A stretch of 53,063 bases of DNA, the filler included, from Corallochytrium limacisporum Hawaii (Eukaryota; Protista; Pluriformea): the NCBI GenBank assembly GCA_002811645.1. It is 2 parts of 2 records of this genome, joined end to end, with 100 filler letters (N's around TTAATTAATTAA, not from the genome) between each part and the next. Parts side by side here need not be neighbours in the genome. Positions count along the whole stretch, not along the records: positions 1 to 26,339 come from PDIP01000179.1; 1 more part is not named here. The stretch is one strand, 5' to 3'. Each line of letters starts with the position of its first letter. The stretch's first letter is position 1. This document shows, in pieces, positions 11,738 to 22,455 of this stretch. Below the pieces are notes generated by a model, which saw nothing but the letters and a program-made list of their open reading frames with translations, ran no database searches and was not told the origin of the DNA. The translations under genes were made by a program, and so were the position numbers.

Positions 11738-14326
11738 ATGTCGAATGCGGGAATGGAAGCATTGATCCCTGTGGTCAATAAGCTTCTGGATGCGTTCAGT
11801 TCATTGGGTATCAATGCACCCATCGACCTACCGTCCATTGCTGTAGTCGGATCACAGTCTGCGGGTAAGTCATCAGTACTTGAGAACTTTGTCGGCAAGG
11901 ATTTCTTGCCCCGGGGTTCTGGTATCTGCACCCGCCGGCCATTGATTTTACAGCTGATTAACCATCGTGGTCAGGAATACGCAGAATTCTTGCACACCGG
12001 AAACCGTACCTTCACTGACTTCAATGAGGTGCGCAGGGAAATTGAGGCAGAGACGGATAGACAGACGGGTACAAACAAGGGAATCTCCCCGGTGCCTATC
12101 AACTTGAGGGTCTACAGTCCTCATGTGCTGAACTTGACCCTCATTGATTTGCCCGGTTTAACCAAGGTTCCTGTGGGCGACCAGCCCAAGGACATTGAAG
12201 CACAGATCCGAAACATGGTTCTGGAGTTCATTGCACGGGAGAACACACTCATTCTGGCCGTCAGCCCGGCAAACTCCGATTTAGCCAACTCTGATGCCCT
12301 GCGCATTGCGGCTGAAGTTGATCCGGAGGGTCTGCGCACTATTGGTGTGATCACCAAGCTGGATTTGATGGACCACGGAACAGATGCGCGGGATATTCTG
12401 GAGAACAGACTGTTCCCTCTGCGCCGTGGCTATGTTGGTGTGGTGAATCGTAGTCAGAAGGATATCGAAGGTCGTAAGGATATCCGTGCCGCTATGCAGG
12501 CTGAACAGCAGTTCTTCATCCGTCATCCGGCCTACCGCCACATGGCAGACCGTATGGGCACACCATATCTGCAGCGGGTTCTGAATCAGCAACTGACTAA
12601 CCACATTAAGGAGACTCTGCCGGAACTGAAGAGTCAGCTGATCAAGCAGGAGCAGGATCTGGAAAAGGAGGTCGAAGAGTACAAGGCCTATGATCCCCAT
12701 GACCCTACGCGGCAGACCAAGGCAATGATCCAGATGATCAACAACTTTTCTGGTGACTTCGAGGCAAGCATTGAGGGTGGCGGTGATGTCAGTCTGGATG
12801 AGTTGAGTGGTGGTGCGCGCATCAACCGTGTCTTCCACGAACGTTTTCCCTACGAAATCGTCAAGACCCAGTACGATGAACGTGCCCTGCGTAAGGAGAT
12901 CGCGTACGCCATTCGCAATATTCATGGTATTCGCTCGGGTTTGTTCACCCCAGACAAGGCCTTTGAAGCTATTGTACGCAAGCTGATTCAGGACGTCAGG
13001 GAACCCAGTCTAAAGTGTATCGATATGGCTATGAATGAGCTGCTGAATGTCGTACAGGGGTGCACCAAAAAGATGGAGCGGTTCCCCAATCTGCGTGACG
13101 AGGTAGAGTCCCTGATTCTGCAGTACGTTCGGGAATGCAACCAGAAGACTATCGATGTGACTGAGCAATTTATTGCAATCGAGTTGGCATACGTGAACAC
13201 CAACCATCCCGATTTCATTGGCTTCACCGGAGCTGCCGAAAAGGCTGCCTCAAAGTCTGGTGGTCGGGCCGCGAACCGCACTGCCACTGGCCCTGGCAAT
13301 CAGGTCATTCGCAAGGGATGGATGGGAACCCCCTCTGGTGCTCTGGGTAGCAACAAAGAGTTTTGGTTTGTGCTACAAAGTGACAGCCTGCAATGGTACA
13401 AAGACGACACAGAGAAGGAGCAAAAGTACAATTTGACCCTGGATAAGCTGAAACTGCGGGATGTGGAAAAGAAGTTGCTCGGAAAGAAGCACGCCTTCGA
13501 ACTGTACAATCCTGATCTGAAGTACCTCTTCAAGGAAAACCGTTCTCTTGTGCTGAGTGCCGCCAGCGGGGACGATGTGGAAAGTTGGAAGGCCGCATTC
13601 CTGCGCGCTGGTGTGTACCCGTCCAGGGGATCTGGTCCTGATGATGACAAGGTCAGCGAGACCCCAGAGGAAATTGATGCTTCCCAGGATCCTGTGCTTG
13701 AACGTCAGGTTGAGACCATTCGTAACTTGGTGGACTCTTACATGGCCATCGTGACCCGGACCATCCAGGACGTTGTTCCCAAGGCCATTATGGCCCTCAT
13801 GATTAACAAGGTCAAGGAGCACATCGGAGCGGATCTCATTGCGGGTCTTTACCGCGCAGGTGATGCGGAACGACTCATGGAGGAGAGCGCTGATGAGGCC
13901 CGCCGTCGGGAGGAAATGCTCACCATGTACAACATGAGTAAGGAGGCTTTGCGCATCATTAACGATGTCAATCTTAACACCAAATATGAGGCTCCACCTC
14001 CTCCGGTCGAGAACGAGTTTCTCCACAATGCCCGTCAGGCCCCATCACGACCATCGCCAGGTCACGGTCACGGAAACCAGCCTTCATGGGGATCAGGTGG
14101 CAGTGCGGGCTCAGGAGGTGCCGGTGCGGTGCCACAGCGGCCCGGTGTCCCTAGCCGCCCGGGTGTTCCCAGCCGTCCGGGTATGCCCGCGGCCGCCGCA
14201 GCTGCTCCCGTACCACAACGCCCTGGTGTGCCCGTCCTGCCCCAGCAGAACGGTGGTGGCCCGGCACCGCCTTTGAATCGCCCAGCTCCACCATCCAGAC
14301 CAACGGTGCCACCGAGGAAGCGTTAA
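11738..14326 (+). CDS. DNM1: Classical dynamin (GTPase, middle, PH, GED and proline-rich domains)
   Basis: 862 aa; [17 protein letters not shown] GTPase motifs; PH domain from NQVIRKGW to [14 protein letters not shown]; GED ([15 protein letters not shown]); Pro/Arg-rich tail. Confidence 0.96.
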   Translation: MSNAGMEALIPVVNKLLDAFSSLGINAPIDLPSIAVVGSQSAGKSSVLENFVGKDFLPRGSGICTRRPLILQLINHRGQEYAEFLHTGNRTFTDFNEVRREIEAETDRQTGTNKGISPVPINLRVYSPHVLNLTLIDLPGLTKVPVGDQPKDIEAQIRNMVLEFIARENTLILAVSPANSDLANSDALRIAAEVDPEGLRTIGVITKLDLMDHGTDARDILENRLFPLRRGYVGVVNRSQKDIEGRKDIRAAMQAEQQFFIRHPAYRHMADRMGTPYLQRVLNQQLTNHIKETLPELKSQLIKQEQDLEKEVEEYKAYDPHDPTRQTKAMIQMINNFSGDFEASIEGGGDVSLDELSGGARINRVFHERFPYEIVKTQYDERALRKEIAYAIRNIHGIRSGLFTPDKAFEAIVRKLIQDVREPSLKCIDMAMNELLNVVQGCTKKMERFPNLRDEVESLILQYVRECNQKTIDVTEQFIAIELAYVNTNHPDFIGFTGAAEKAASKSGGRAANRTATGPGNQVIRKGWMGTPSGALGSNKEFWFVLQSDSLQWYKDDTEKEQKYNLTLDKLKLRDVEKKLLGKKHAFELYNPDLKYLFKENRSLVLSAASGDDVESWKAAFLRAGVYPSRGSGPDDDKVSETPEEIDASQDPVLERQVETIRNLVDSYMAIVTRTIQDVVPKAIMALMINKVKEHIGADLIAGLYRAGDAERLMEESADEARRREEMLTMYNMSKEALRIINDVNLNTKYEAPPPPVENEFLHNARQAPSRPSPGHGHGNQPSWGSGGSAGSGGAGAVPQRPGVPSRPGVPSRPGMPAAAAAAPVPQRPGVPVLPQQNGGGPAPPLNRPAPPSRPTVPPRKR

Positions 14327-14994
14327 GTACCGCTCTTTGACATTATCCTAAACGCAAATGAACAACACAGCAAATACACAAGCACACTATTCGAGCAACA
14401 AATACGCACACAAAGATGAAAACCTTTCTCTCTTATGAACGTGTTGCAGCCCACTGCAAGGAATTGTAAACCTGACAGTGACTAAACCTCCCCCAGCTTG
14501 CGACGTTGGCCCCGTCAGCAGCACCAATTTGGCCGGTCCGATGGCACCAGGCTGATGAAGTATACTTCCCCGCGCCCTGCCCTCCCACTGGGGCTCGCCC
14601 TCTTCCGGGAGAGGGGGACCCATTTTTCTTCTCCATCTCCGTACCCTTATCCCCTAGCTCGCCCTCCCACGGAAGGAGGGTTGATCTAACTGAGCAGCGC
14701 ACCACTTGGAGGCGGCTGGGAAACCGGGAAGCCGGGGGATGTCTACCGGGCTCGTCGCAGATTTCGCAGTATTTTGTTTGCTCCGTTGTAGTGTAGTCGT
14801 ATCTGTTGATGGTTGATCTTAATTATGGTACTTGAAATTGACTACATTGGAAGCTACGTGCTTTGTATAATGAACACCAGTACAATGATGGTGGTCTCGG
14901 GCATGTGAACCCGTTGACGTGGACAGCATTAAAGAAGCACTTCAGCAGTGAACAGAATTGACAGCGATAGGACCTCAACAGAATCTTAGTGACA

Positions 14995-15531
14995 ATGGGT
15001 CAAAGTCAGTCGTTAAACATTTCACAAGAAGACATTGACCGCCTGGTCGAGTCTTCATCTTTCACACCCACACAGATTAAGAAGCTCTACCGGCGTTTCA
15101 AGCGGTTAGACACCAACAACGACCGGACCATTAGCACAGAAGAATTTCTGGCCATTCCAGAACTGGCCATGAACCCTTTGATTCCACGAATCATCCAAAT
15201 GTTTGACTTAGATGGTACAGATCATGTTAATTTCTTCCAGTTTGTTAATACCCTGGCGGTTTTCAAGCCGACCACTGATAGGGAAAAGAAGCTGCAATAC
15301 TGCTTCCAGATCTACGACGTTGACGGAGATGGCAAGGTCGGTGCGCAAGATTTATTCACAATCCTGAAGCTCATGGTAGGCTCCAACATTAGCACAGACC
15401 AACTACAACAAATTGTCGACAAAACCATTGCGGAAGCCGATCTCGATCACGACGGGTTCATTTCCTTTGACGAGTTCTCGGAGGTCTTTGACCAGATCGA
15501 TCTGGAACGAAAGATGAGCATCAGTTTCTGA
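14995..15531 (+). CDS. PPP3R1: Calcineurin regulatory subunit B
   Basis: MGQSQS N-myristoylation motif at ATG 14995, four EF-hands, LKLMVGSN and QLQQIVDKTI signatures. Confidence 0.93.
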   Translation: MGQSQSLNISQEDIDRLVESSSFTPTQIKKLYRRFKRLDTNNDRTISTEEFLAIPELAMNPLIPRIIQMFDLDGTDHVNFFQFVNTLAVFKPTTDREKKLQYCFQIYDVDGDGKVGAQDLFTILKLMVGSNISTDQLQQIVDKTIAEADLDHDGFISFDEFSEVFDQIDLERKMSISF

Positions 15532-15902
15532 AGATATCAAGGATAGTGCTCCAGCCATCACTCTTAACACTAGTAGACATTTTAAACTGTCACATCATTA
15601 CCCTGCAAGCTATGCAATAAAAGCGAGTACACGCTGTGCCAACTTGATTTTCAAATGTTTGCCCGCGCAGGAAAGGAGGGGAGAGGGGAGCGGGTCTCGA
15701 AGCCTTCCGTTGGGGCAGATTCTTGGAGAAAGGTAGAAATAAGGGGAAGCAAAACACAGCCGAAGTGTGAGTACTGACACTCATCCATGACATGCCATGG
15801 ATCTAAGCTAGGAGCAAGTCATGGAGAATGTATAGAAAAGATAGGAATGTGCTTTTGAGTATTATCTGAGCAGCAATGACGTAAAGCCAGTCACGTAAAA
15901 AC

Positions 15903-18194
15903 ATGGTGAAGGCTAAAGCCGCCATACAGATTGAAAACGAAGCTGGAGTGGCACAAGCACGCAGCTGCTTTGCCGACCAGACTTCAAGTAACAGGCACCG
16001 TGCCGTCTACAAATTAACATTTCATGCGGATCATGAAAGTGCTCATCCAGAAAGCAAGGACTACTGTACCGAAATTGATGCCAGTCTGCACGAAGATCCA
16101 ACCAATCTGCAAGGGGCGCTACTCACGAAACTGAGCAAGGATCATGAGACAGACGTCAGTGATCGAAATGTTTTGTACAGTGCACTTCAGATTGCATCGT
16201 TACGGAGCCTTATCACGCGCGCACAAGGTCTCGCACGGCACCAGATGGAACTGGCCACAGTGGAAAACACAACTAAGGTCATTTTCCCGGGAGCTAATGA
16301 CATTCCACAGTGGAATGTGAACAAAGAAATGATAGAGAAGTTGACAGAAGCCTTGGACGATTGGAGAGCACAAGAATGTCTGGCGCATCACAACAAGGAG
16401 GATCCACTCGAATTGGTCCGTGCTAGACAGATGGCAAAGCTCATCCGCGATGGCCGCTTACAGAAACTGCTGGAAGCGGAAATGTTCATGGTCCGTGCGC
16501 TGGCAGAGAAGCGGACCGCTCAGTCTGAAGCACTGCAGAATCTGCGGGACGAGCAGAGGAAAGAGTTGGTAGGATGGAAGAAAGGCACCGAAGTCCTTGC
16601 GGCACGGCAACGAGAGGACATGGAGATCCTACAAGCTGTGTGGAAGAGTGAGATTCTGGACTTAAAGACCACGCAAGTCCGCGACTATTGGTCTCTAGTC
16701 AACACTCTGGTACAAAGCATGGAATCAACCGATGAGCAGGATACGGCGAAACCCGACTCAGAAGCCCCAAAAGCAGTAGCTGCCGAGATAGAAAGGGCCA
16801 CGATTGCGCCCGAGGTCCCAAGCGCGAGTACAGTCCCTGATACCGTGATCTCAGCCACAGTCTCTAGCGAGAGTCAACAGCCCGCGAACGTGGCCCAGAG
16901 CACCGCTGCGCAGCTGCGGAGTCGGTTCAAGCGGTTTCTGGACCGCAACAAGACTGATGATCAACAGGACAGTGGTAACATTGATGTGCCTACAGATGAT
17001 GATGCGAAACCCGTCGATCCCATCACAAAGCGACTGATCCAAGCGAGGGAATCTGTGGGGAAACAGCGTTTTGTTAAGATCACTCTTGCCGGTACTGATC
17101 GCGTCTCTCGCGGGCCCAAGTTCGAGGAATCTTTTACGGTCCATTTTGGACAGCAGCTCAAGGTGGCACAGAACCTCCGTCTGCTTGCTGTGTCACCGCT
17201 GTATTTTACCACACCCATGCACATGGATGTCTTAAACCCGCAATCACCGCCGGAGCGATTACAGTCTCTTCTCGCGCTCTACAGTGGTGGACAAGTAGCT
17301 CTTAGTGGCCTGGTGCTGATAGTGAACACGGACTTGCAGTTCCATTCGCCGTACTATGCCGAGTTTCTCCGAGCGTCCGATGCGAACCCAGAGCTACACT
17401 TCCCAACTGCCACCCGACAGATTGAGGACCTACGCAGATACCTGACCCAGGAAGATGGCACTGTGCGAGAATTACAAGCCGGCGATGTGTACATTACGAA
17501 ACATTCAAACCTCGCACACACACAGATTGTCTTCCACTTGGTCCTATCCGAAGAAGACCTTGTGTCCCAGACCTTGAGCCCGAAGAGTCCGTCCCTCACA
17601 GGTCTGGCACACATTATGCGTCTTGCAGCGCAGTATGAGGTCCAAAACTTGGCCCTTCCATTACTCTTGAGCTACGAATACGGCGGTGTGAGTCAGCAGT
17701 CCCTGCGATCAAAGCGGCGTTTGCAACACGCCTTAGACAAGCAGCAGTCGGAGAAGCAGCTTATTGATCAGGCAAGGGAGACTGCGAGCAGCAATATCAC
17801 ACCTTCCGATACACACCCATCCACAGATGCCAACACTCCTGAGCCAACCATGGATGCGGCCATGCCACGGGATGGTCGAACGTCCCCGGATATGCGCAGC
17901 CCCAGTCCCGACACGGGCAAAGGAAAACCGCAGGAGAGCGGCAAACCACCGAATACGGCTGTTCCACAGGGCGCAGTGAATCCGGACCAGTGGGCTGCAA
18001 GACGGGTGGATACCATCCTGAAGGCGCTGAAGGGTTTCATCATGGAACGTCAGACCAGCAGTGCTGGCAAGGAAAACATCAGCACCATCCAGCTCCTGCT
18101 GCCGCCAGAAATCAAAGGCAAAAAATTTGCACAGATTGCCGACACCGTCAGCAGTACATTCCGGATGGCCACGCCACTGAATTTGTCACGATAG
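15903..18194 (+). CDS. FERRY3: C12orf4 / FERRY endosomal RAB5 effector complex subunit 3 homolog (DUF2362)
   Basis: 763 aa; EESFTVHFGQQLKVAQNLRL, PERLQSLLALYS..LSGLVL and GDVYITKHSNL..IVFHL resemble conserved C12orf4 blocks. Confidence 0.85.
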   Translation: MVKAKAAIQIENEAGVAQARSCFADQTSSNRHRAVYKLTFHADHESAHPESKDYCTEIDASLHEDPTNLQGALLTKLSKDHETDVSDRNVLYSALQIASLRSLITRAQGLARHQMELATVENTTKVIFPGANDIPQWNVNKEMIEKLTEALDDWRAQECLAHHNKEDPLELVRARQMAKLIRDGRLQKLLEAEMFMVRALAEKRTAQSEALQNLRDEQRKELVGWKKGTEVLAARQREDMEILQAVWKSEILDLKTTQVRDYWSLVNTLVQSMESTDEQDTAKPDSEAPKAVAAEIERATIAPEVPSASTVPDTVISATVSSESQQPANVAQSTAAQLRSRFKRFLDRNKTDDQQDSGNIDVPTDDDAKPVDPITKRLIQARESVGKQRFVKITLAGTDRVSRGPKFEESFTVHFGQQLKVAQNLRLLAVSPLYFTTPMHMDVLNPQSPPERLQSLLALYSGGQVALSGLVLIVNTDLQFHSPYYAEFLRASDANPELHFPTATRQIEDLRRYLTQEDGTVRELQAGDVYITKHSNLAHTQIVFHLVLSEEDLVSQTLSPKSPSLTGLAHIMRLAAQYEVQNLALPLLLSYEYGGVSQQSLRSKRRLQHALDKQQSEKQLIDQARETASSNITPSDTHPSTDANTPEPTMDAAMPRDGRTSPDMRSPSPDTGKGKPQESGKPPNTAVPQGAVNPDQWAARRVDTILKALKGFIMERQTSSAGKENISTIQLLLPPEIKGKKFAQIADTVSSTFRMATPLNLSR

Positions 18195-18264
18195 AAACCA
18201 AAAATTGTCAAAAATTGTCAAAATGTTTTATATCTTTCTTTAGTGTCGCTCTACCTTTTAGTTT

Positions 18265-19086
18265 TCACATTCCATAGGCACCTATCAATTGATCCAGCTG
18301 TGCGCTCTGGGATAGCTTTCCCAGCAGCTCCGCGAGCGTAGCCTTCTCCTTCTTGCTAAGAAACTTGACATTGAGAGAGAACCGTTTTGATTTACTCAAG
18401 GCCAGCAACGCCCCTGCGGCCCACTCGACTTCTTCCAACACGTCAGTGTTCAGGTTGCCATTGAGCACTCCGGCAATCTGTCCTAATAAACCAAACCCAA
18501 TCTCTGCGCTGAAGCAGGCGGCCATATCCGCGGGCTGCAGGGTCAGCAGATATCGGAATCGCGCCTCGTCGTCCGCGCACTGCCGCTTGAATACTTTTTC
18601 GAATTCGAGCGCGGTCTTTGGAGGATTCTTTTCCATATCCAAGACTGACGGAGCTGACGGGAGGTCTTCTTTTGTGGTTTGGTGCTGCTGTATTTGTTGA
18701 CTTGTCTTCGACTCGCTGACCGCTTGATCGAGGTCCATGCGATTGCCTCCCTGTCCCCGGGTCTTGATGATGAAGGAAGTGTCGACGTTGCTGTTGGCAA
18801 AAGTGTTCTGAGTGTTTCCAAACAAATCATATCCGGGATCCCATGGTGCTTTGTTACGTATCATTTCCAGTTCTCCGCGCTTAAGTGGACGGATGTGGGC
18901 AGCCTTCACTCTCGCCTCGAACTCTTCGTACGGGATTCTGTCTTCCATAGCGCGGATTTTGGTCGCGTTTAGTTGCTCTCTCTTCAGATCATCCTTCAAA
19001 TTTCGCATGACCTCCTCTCGGAGCTTGGTCAGATCAATATTGCCTTCCTTGGTGAATAGAGAATCTGCGTCGTCCATTCGTGCCAT
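18265..19086 (-). CDS. CCDC103: CCDC103 / dynein axonemal assembly factor 19
   Basis: 273 aa; N-terminal dynein-attachment block (NATKIRAMEDRIPYEEFEARVKAAHIRPL) and C-terminal RPAP3_C-like region (FSAEIGFGLLG...RFSLNVKFLSKKEK). Confidence 0.88.
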   Translation of the reverse strand: MARMDDADSLFTKEGNIDLTKLREEVMRNLKDDLKREQLNATKIRAMEDRIPYEEFEARVKAAHIRPLKRGELEMIRNKAPWDPGYDLFGNTQNTFANSNVDTSFIIKTRGQGGNRMDLDQAVSESKTSQQIQQHQTTKEDLPSAPSVLDMEKNPPKTALEFEKVFKRQCADDEARFRYLLTLQPADMAACFSAEIGFGLLGQIAGVLNGNLNTDVLEEVEWAAGALLALSKSKRFSLNVKFLSKKEKATLAELLGKLSQSAQLDQLIGAYGM

Positions 19087-19605
19087 GGTTGCCGGCAGCA
19101 GCCTTCCAATTCCGCAAAACTGCTGCTGATGTTAGTATCTATTCACTCATTTGTCACTATCGTTCCTTCTCGGTCTTTGACCAACTCCAGTCACATTCCT
19201 GGAGCAAACTTCCCTTTAAGTAGCTCAAGACATCAAAGACGCACCGACCCCAGAGTCTTGGGCAGGTGGTGCACTGAAAACCAACGGACTCTGCTGACCG
19301 CTGGCTGTCCAGGCCTGCAATCGTCGCCTTGGTCGGGTGGGTGCGAAAGTTTCAATCGACGTCTGTAATCAGTACCAAATATGCCTATTTTCGATAACAA
19401 ATAGGGCGGACCATACCTTATTGATTTGATTAAGAAATTTCCACCTGTATCCAATGAAGAAATTTTCTGATTTGAATCAATACACCAGACCTATCACCCG
19501 AGATAAAAAACACACACAAATCTTGCGTCCCCCCCACCCGCCTCTCAAGAAGTTTGAGACTTTTTCGTTGCAGTTTTGTTCGAAGCGTTAATTTCTTTAA
19601 TTTCT

Positions 19606-20063
19606 CACTAAGTCCCTTCCTTCGGGTTTAGTGTCTTAAGTATTAAATTCCCGGGCTACCAGGGAGGGGTTCAGCCCTAGTACTTAATATACCAAGATGT
19701 CTTTTCCCTATTGTTCACTACCGGCGCTACCCCGCTTTACACCGGATTGATCCCAACGGTGGTACTCTCATGTACCTATGGGCCGGACCGTCGCATTACC
19801 TGAGGAACTGCTGCGCTACAGAAGCCACTAAGTATGCTAGCAGAGCGTGACAATGGCTACTAACCAAGTACTGGAACTAGTAGACTCAGTCGTCTATTGC
19901 CCAAGGTTCACAATACAATATAAATTTTGTTCGTCATAGTATCAGAAGTAATACTAATCGCCTTTACAACACTTGGTATTGGTATTTCTCGACACATACT
20001 TGAGAAGGTAATCCCACGCTCTACAAGGGAGAATATCAACTCGGTTTATTTCGGGATTAGTAT
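19606..20063 (+). ncRNA. Candidate structured RNA (5' leader of RPS20 or a separate ncRNA), family unassigned
   Basis: Consecutive stems 19606-19633, 19636-19687, 19756-19791, 19823-19858, 19878-19899 and a multibranch domain 19951-20063; wobble positions are G-U on the + strand. Confidence 0.5.
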
Positions 20064-20081
20064 CAAACACAAATCGCAAAC

Positions 20082-20438
20082 ATGGCTATGAAGGACGCTA
20101 AGGCTATGGGTATGGAGGAGCGTGCTCAGCACCGCATCCGCATCACCCTCACTTCCAAGAACGTGAAGGCTATTGAGAAGACTTGCGCTGATCTGCTGCA
20201 GGGTGCCAAGGACTCTAAGCTCCAGGTTAAGGGACCGGTTCGCATGCCCACCAAGGTTCTCCGCATTACCACCCGCAAGACCCCTTGTGGTGAGGGTTCC
20301 AAGACCTGGGACTCCTTCGAGATGCGCATCCACAAGCGTCTGATCGACCTCAAGGCCAACTCCGAAAAAGTCAAGGAGATCACCTCTATCTCCATCGAGC
20401 CCGGTGTCGATGTTGAGGTTACCATCAACGACAACTAA
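20082..20438 (+). CDS. RPS20: 40S ribosomal protein S20 (uS10)
   Basis: 118 aa; [47 protein letters not shown]. Confidence 0.98.
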   Translation: MAMKDAKAMGMEERAQHRIRITLTSKNVKAIEKTCADLLQGAKDSKLQVKGPVRMPTKVLRITTRKTPCGEGSKTWDSFEMRIHKRLIDLKANSEKVKEITSISIEPGVDVEVTINDN

Positions 20439-20832
20439 ATTTTGTTCACGGGATTACTCAAAAATTTTGTTAACATAGGTTCACCATAGGCATGCACCAA
20501 AGCGCAGAGTAGCGGGTACGAACAACTTTGCACCAGGCTCAGTTTGCAAGCATGCATTGAATGATATCAAAAGCAACTCGCTGTTGTCGGAACAGCACTC
20601 ACACAGCGCATTTTCCTTAGTGTTACGGGATGACCGCATTCGCTGGTCATGATGTACTTTGGGGGAAAGCACATGCAGCATTTTCACAACATTCATCTTT
20701 TTTTCTTAACATTTCGTTTCTAGTATCGAAGTATAAACGGCATAGTCAAACATCATTTCACCATAACCCCAATCTTTCGACAGATGCTCTCTAATTCATG
20801 TATTCACTAGTGAAAGGGTCTGCGGTAATGGT

Positions 20833-22131
20833 TCAGGCGGTATGGTCTTCATCATTAGCATCCTCATTGCTATTGTCCTTGTCGGCAATAAACTCCTTAT
20901 AGGTCTCCACGGCCAGTCCACCGATCACAAGCAGACAACCAACAATCGTCATGAAGCTGAAGCTGTATCCGCGGAAGGCAATATCTGCTAGTGCGGCCGC
21001 AGGAATGGTGGCCAAGATGGCCACACTGACGTACAGTGGGCTTGGACAGAAGACCAAAGCAATCATGTAGCTGGCATCAAAGGTCACAGTGAGCAGTGAA
21101 TTGCCAAAAATCACACCAAACTGGCGCCAAGTTGGCATCTGAAAGGGTTCCAATCCTGTCCAGTCGAGGAACGGCAAGGGCACCCAGAGTGTCAGCAGGG
21201 TTCCCAGTCCCACTGCACCCAAATATGATGTCACAAAAGACATAGGCATCCTATTCTTCATGGTCTCTTTGCCCTTATGGTAGCCATGCCACTGATCTGT
21301 CTCATACATGCGAACGTATTTCTTGTAGAGAACCGCATAGAGTGCAAAAGCAATGCCGCCGATAAGAATGACTATGTCCCAGGTAGCACTGCTGCTTCCT
21401 TCCTTAATGTTGTCTTCGCTCTGAGAACCGTATGAGATCAACATGACTCCCAGAATTGAGATGACCACTGCTCCAGTCCGAATCCAGTTGAAGCTATCTC
21501 CCAGCAGAATGATGCTAAAAACATAGACAAAGGCACAGCTGCAGTTGAAGATCGCTGTTGCCTCTGCCACTGCCATGTGGGGCAGACTAACGGTCCAGAG
21601 CCAGTTTGGGAAATGGTAGCACCAGGCCAACCAGATGCCGTTCCCTAACATTTCTTTGAACTTAATTGGCTGCGGAGTGTGACTTCGTTCCGCCTCGGCG
21701 ACCGCAGTAACGTCACGTTGAGCTAAGGGCCAGAGCAACAGCCCTACGGTCAGAACACTGTGAGTGAACCAATTTAAGATCCATGGTTTGTTATACGCAA
21801 CCTGATCAGGGTCCTGCAGTACCTGTAGAAGTTCAGATTGGATGACCCAGCAAAAGATCATGAGTGCGATACTAGTATAGCCGATGGTAAGCCGTGCAGC
21901 ACTGGACATGCCGAAAGCGGCACTCTTTTCCCTGAGGATATCACTGTTCTGTCTACTGAAGGTAGCAATCCCGCCGGAATCTCTGCTCCCGATGGAGTCC
22001 CGTTCATCATTGTCGTAGCCGTTTGCATTTGAATCCAGGCGGGGGGACCCGTCGTCCAGTAGAGGTGCCAGATCGCCTTCTTGGTTTCTTGTGTTGAAGT
22101 TTGCCATTTTGAACGTCTCATTCCCTGACAT
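20833..22131 (-). CDS. DMT/EamA superfamily transporter, SLC35F3/F4/Thi74-like
   Basis: 432 aa; hydrophilic N-tail then about 10 hydrophobic segments; YNKPWILNWFTHS, VAEATAIFNCSCAFVYVFS, ALYAVLYKK, SPLYVSVAILATIP. Confidence 0.8.
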   Translation of the reverse strand: MSGNETFKMANFNTRNQEGDLAPLLDDGSPRLDSNANGYDNDERDSIGSRDSGGIATFSRQNSDILREKSAAFGMSSAARLTIGYTSIALMIFCWVIQSELLQVLQDPDQVAYNKPWILNWFTHSVLTVGLLLWPLAQRDVTAVAEAERSHTPQPIKFKEMLGNGIWLAWCYHFPNWLWTVSLPHMAVAEATAIFNCSCAFVYVFSIILLGDSFNWIRTGAVVISILGVMLISYGSQSEDNIKEGSSSATWDIVILIGGIAFALYAVLYKKYVRMYETDQWHGYHKGKETMKNRMPMSFVTSYLGAVGLGTLLTLWVPLPFLDWTGLEPFQMPTWRQFGVIFGNSLLTVTFDASYMIALVFCPSPLYVSVAILATIPAAALADIAFRGYSFSFMTIVGCLLVIGGLAVETYKEFIADKDNSNEDANDEDHTA

Positions 22132-22435
22132 TCTATATTATGAATTGGTTTTATGACCCATGAGGCATAGATATTAAGGCATAAATGGCATTGTAACTCT
22201 TACGTTACATGCTAGACAAGTTCGCTCATTTCGCGTGGAGCCACTGATTTCGCTTCCATAGGTAGAATGATAAGCTATCGAAGGTCCTTATCTTGATTTG
22301 TACAAGACAGCTTTTCGCCCAGTATACCGTCACCACGTCGTTTCCGACCAACCGATTTTGTTTCACTCCTTAAATACCCGTCTATGCCTCCGGACGCAGG
22401 ACCATCTCCCACCCGGCACCCAGAAGCGCAACTCT

Positions 22436-22455
22436 CCCCCCCCCCGGGGGGGGGG
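22436..22455. repeat. CnGn palindrome (C10G10)
   Basis: Read directly; between the divergent transporter and orphan genes. Confidence 0.9.

Noticed and set aside
19640-20060. RNase P/MRP, group I/II intron, telomerase or H/ACA identity for the RPS20 upstream structure
   Set aside because: Only partial motif resemblance; conserved CR-V, P7/G-site, domain V, telomere template and paired H/ACA boxes not found in proper arrangement
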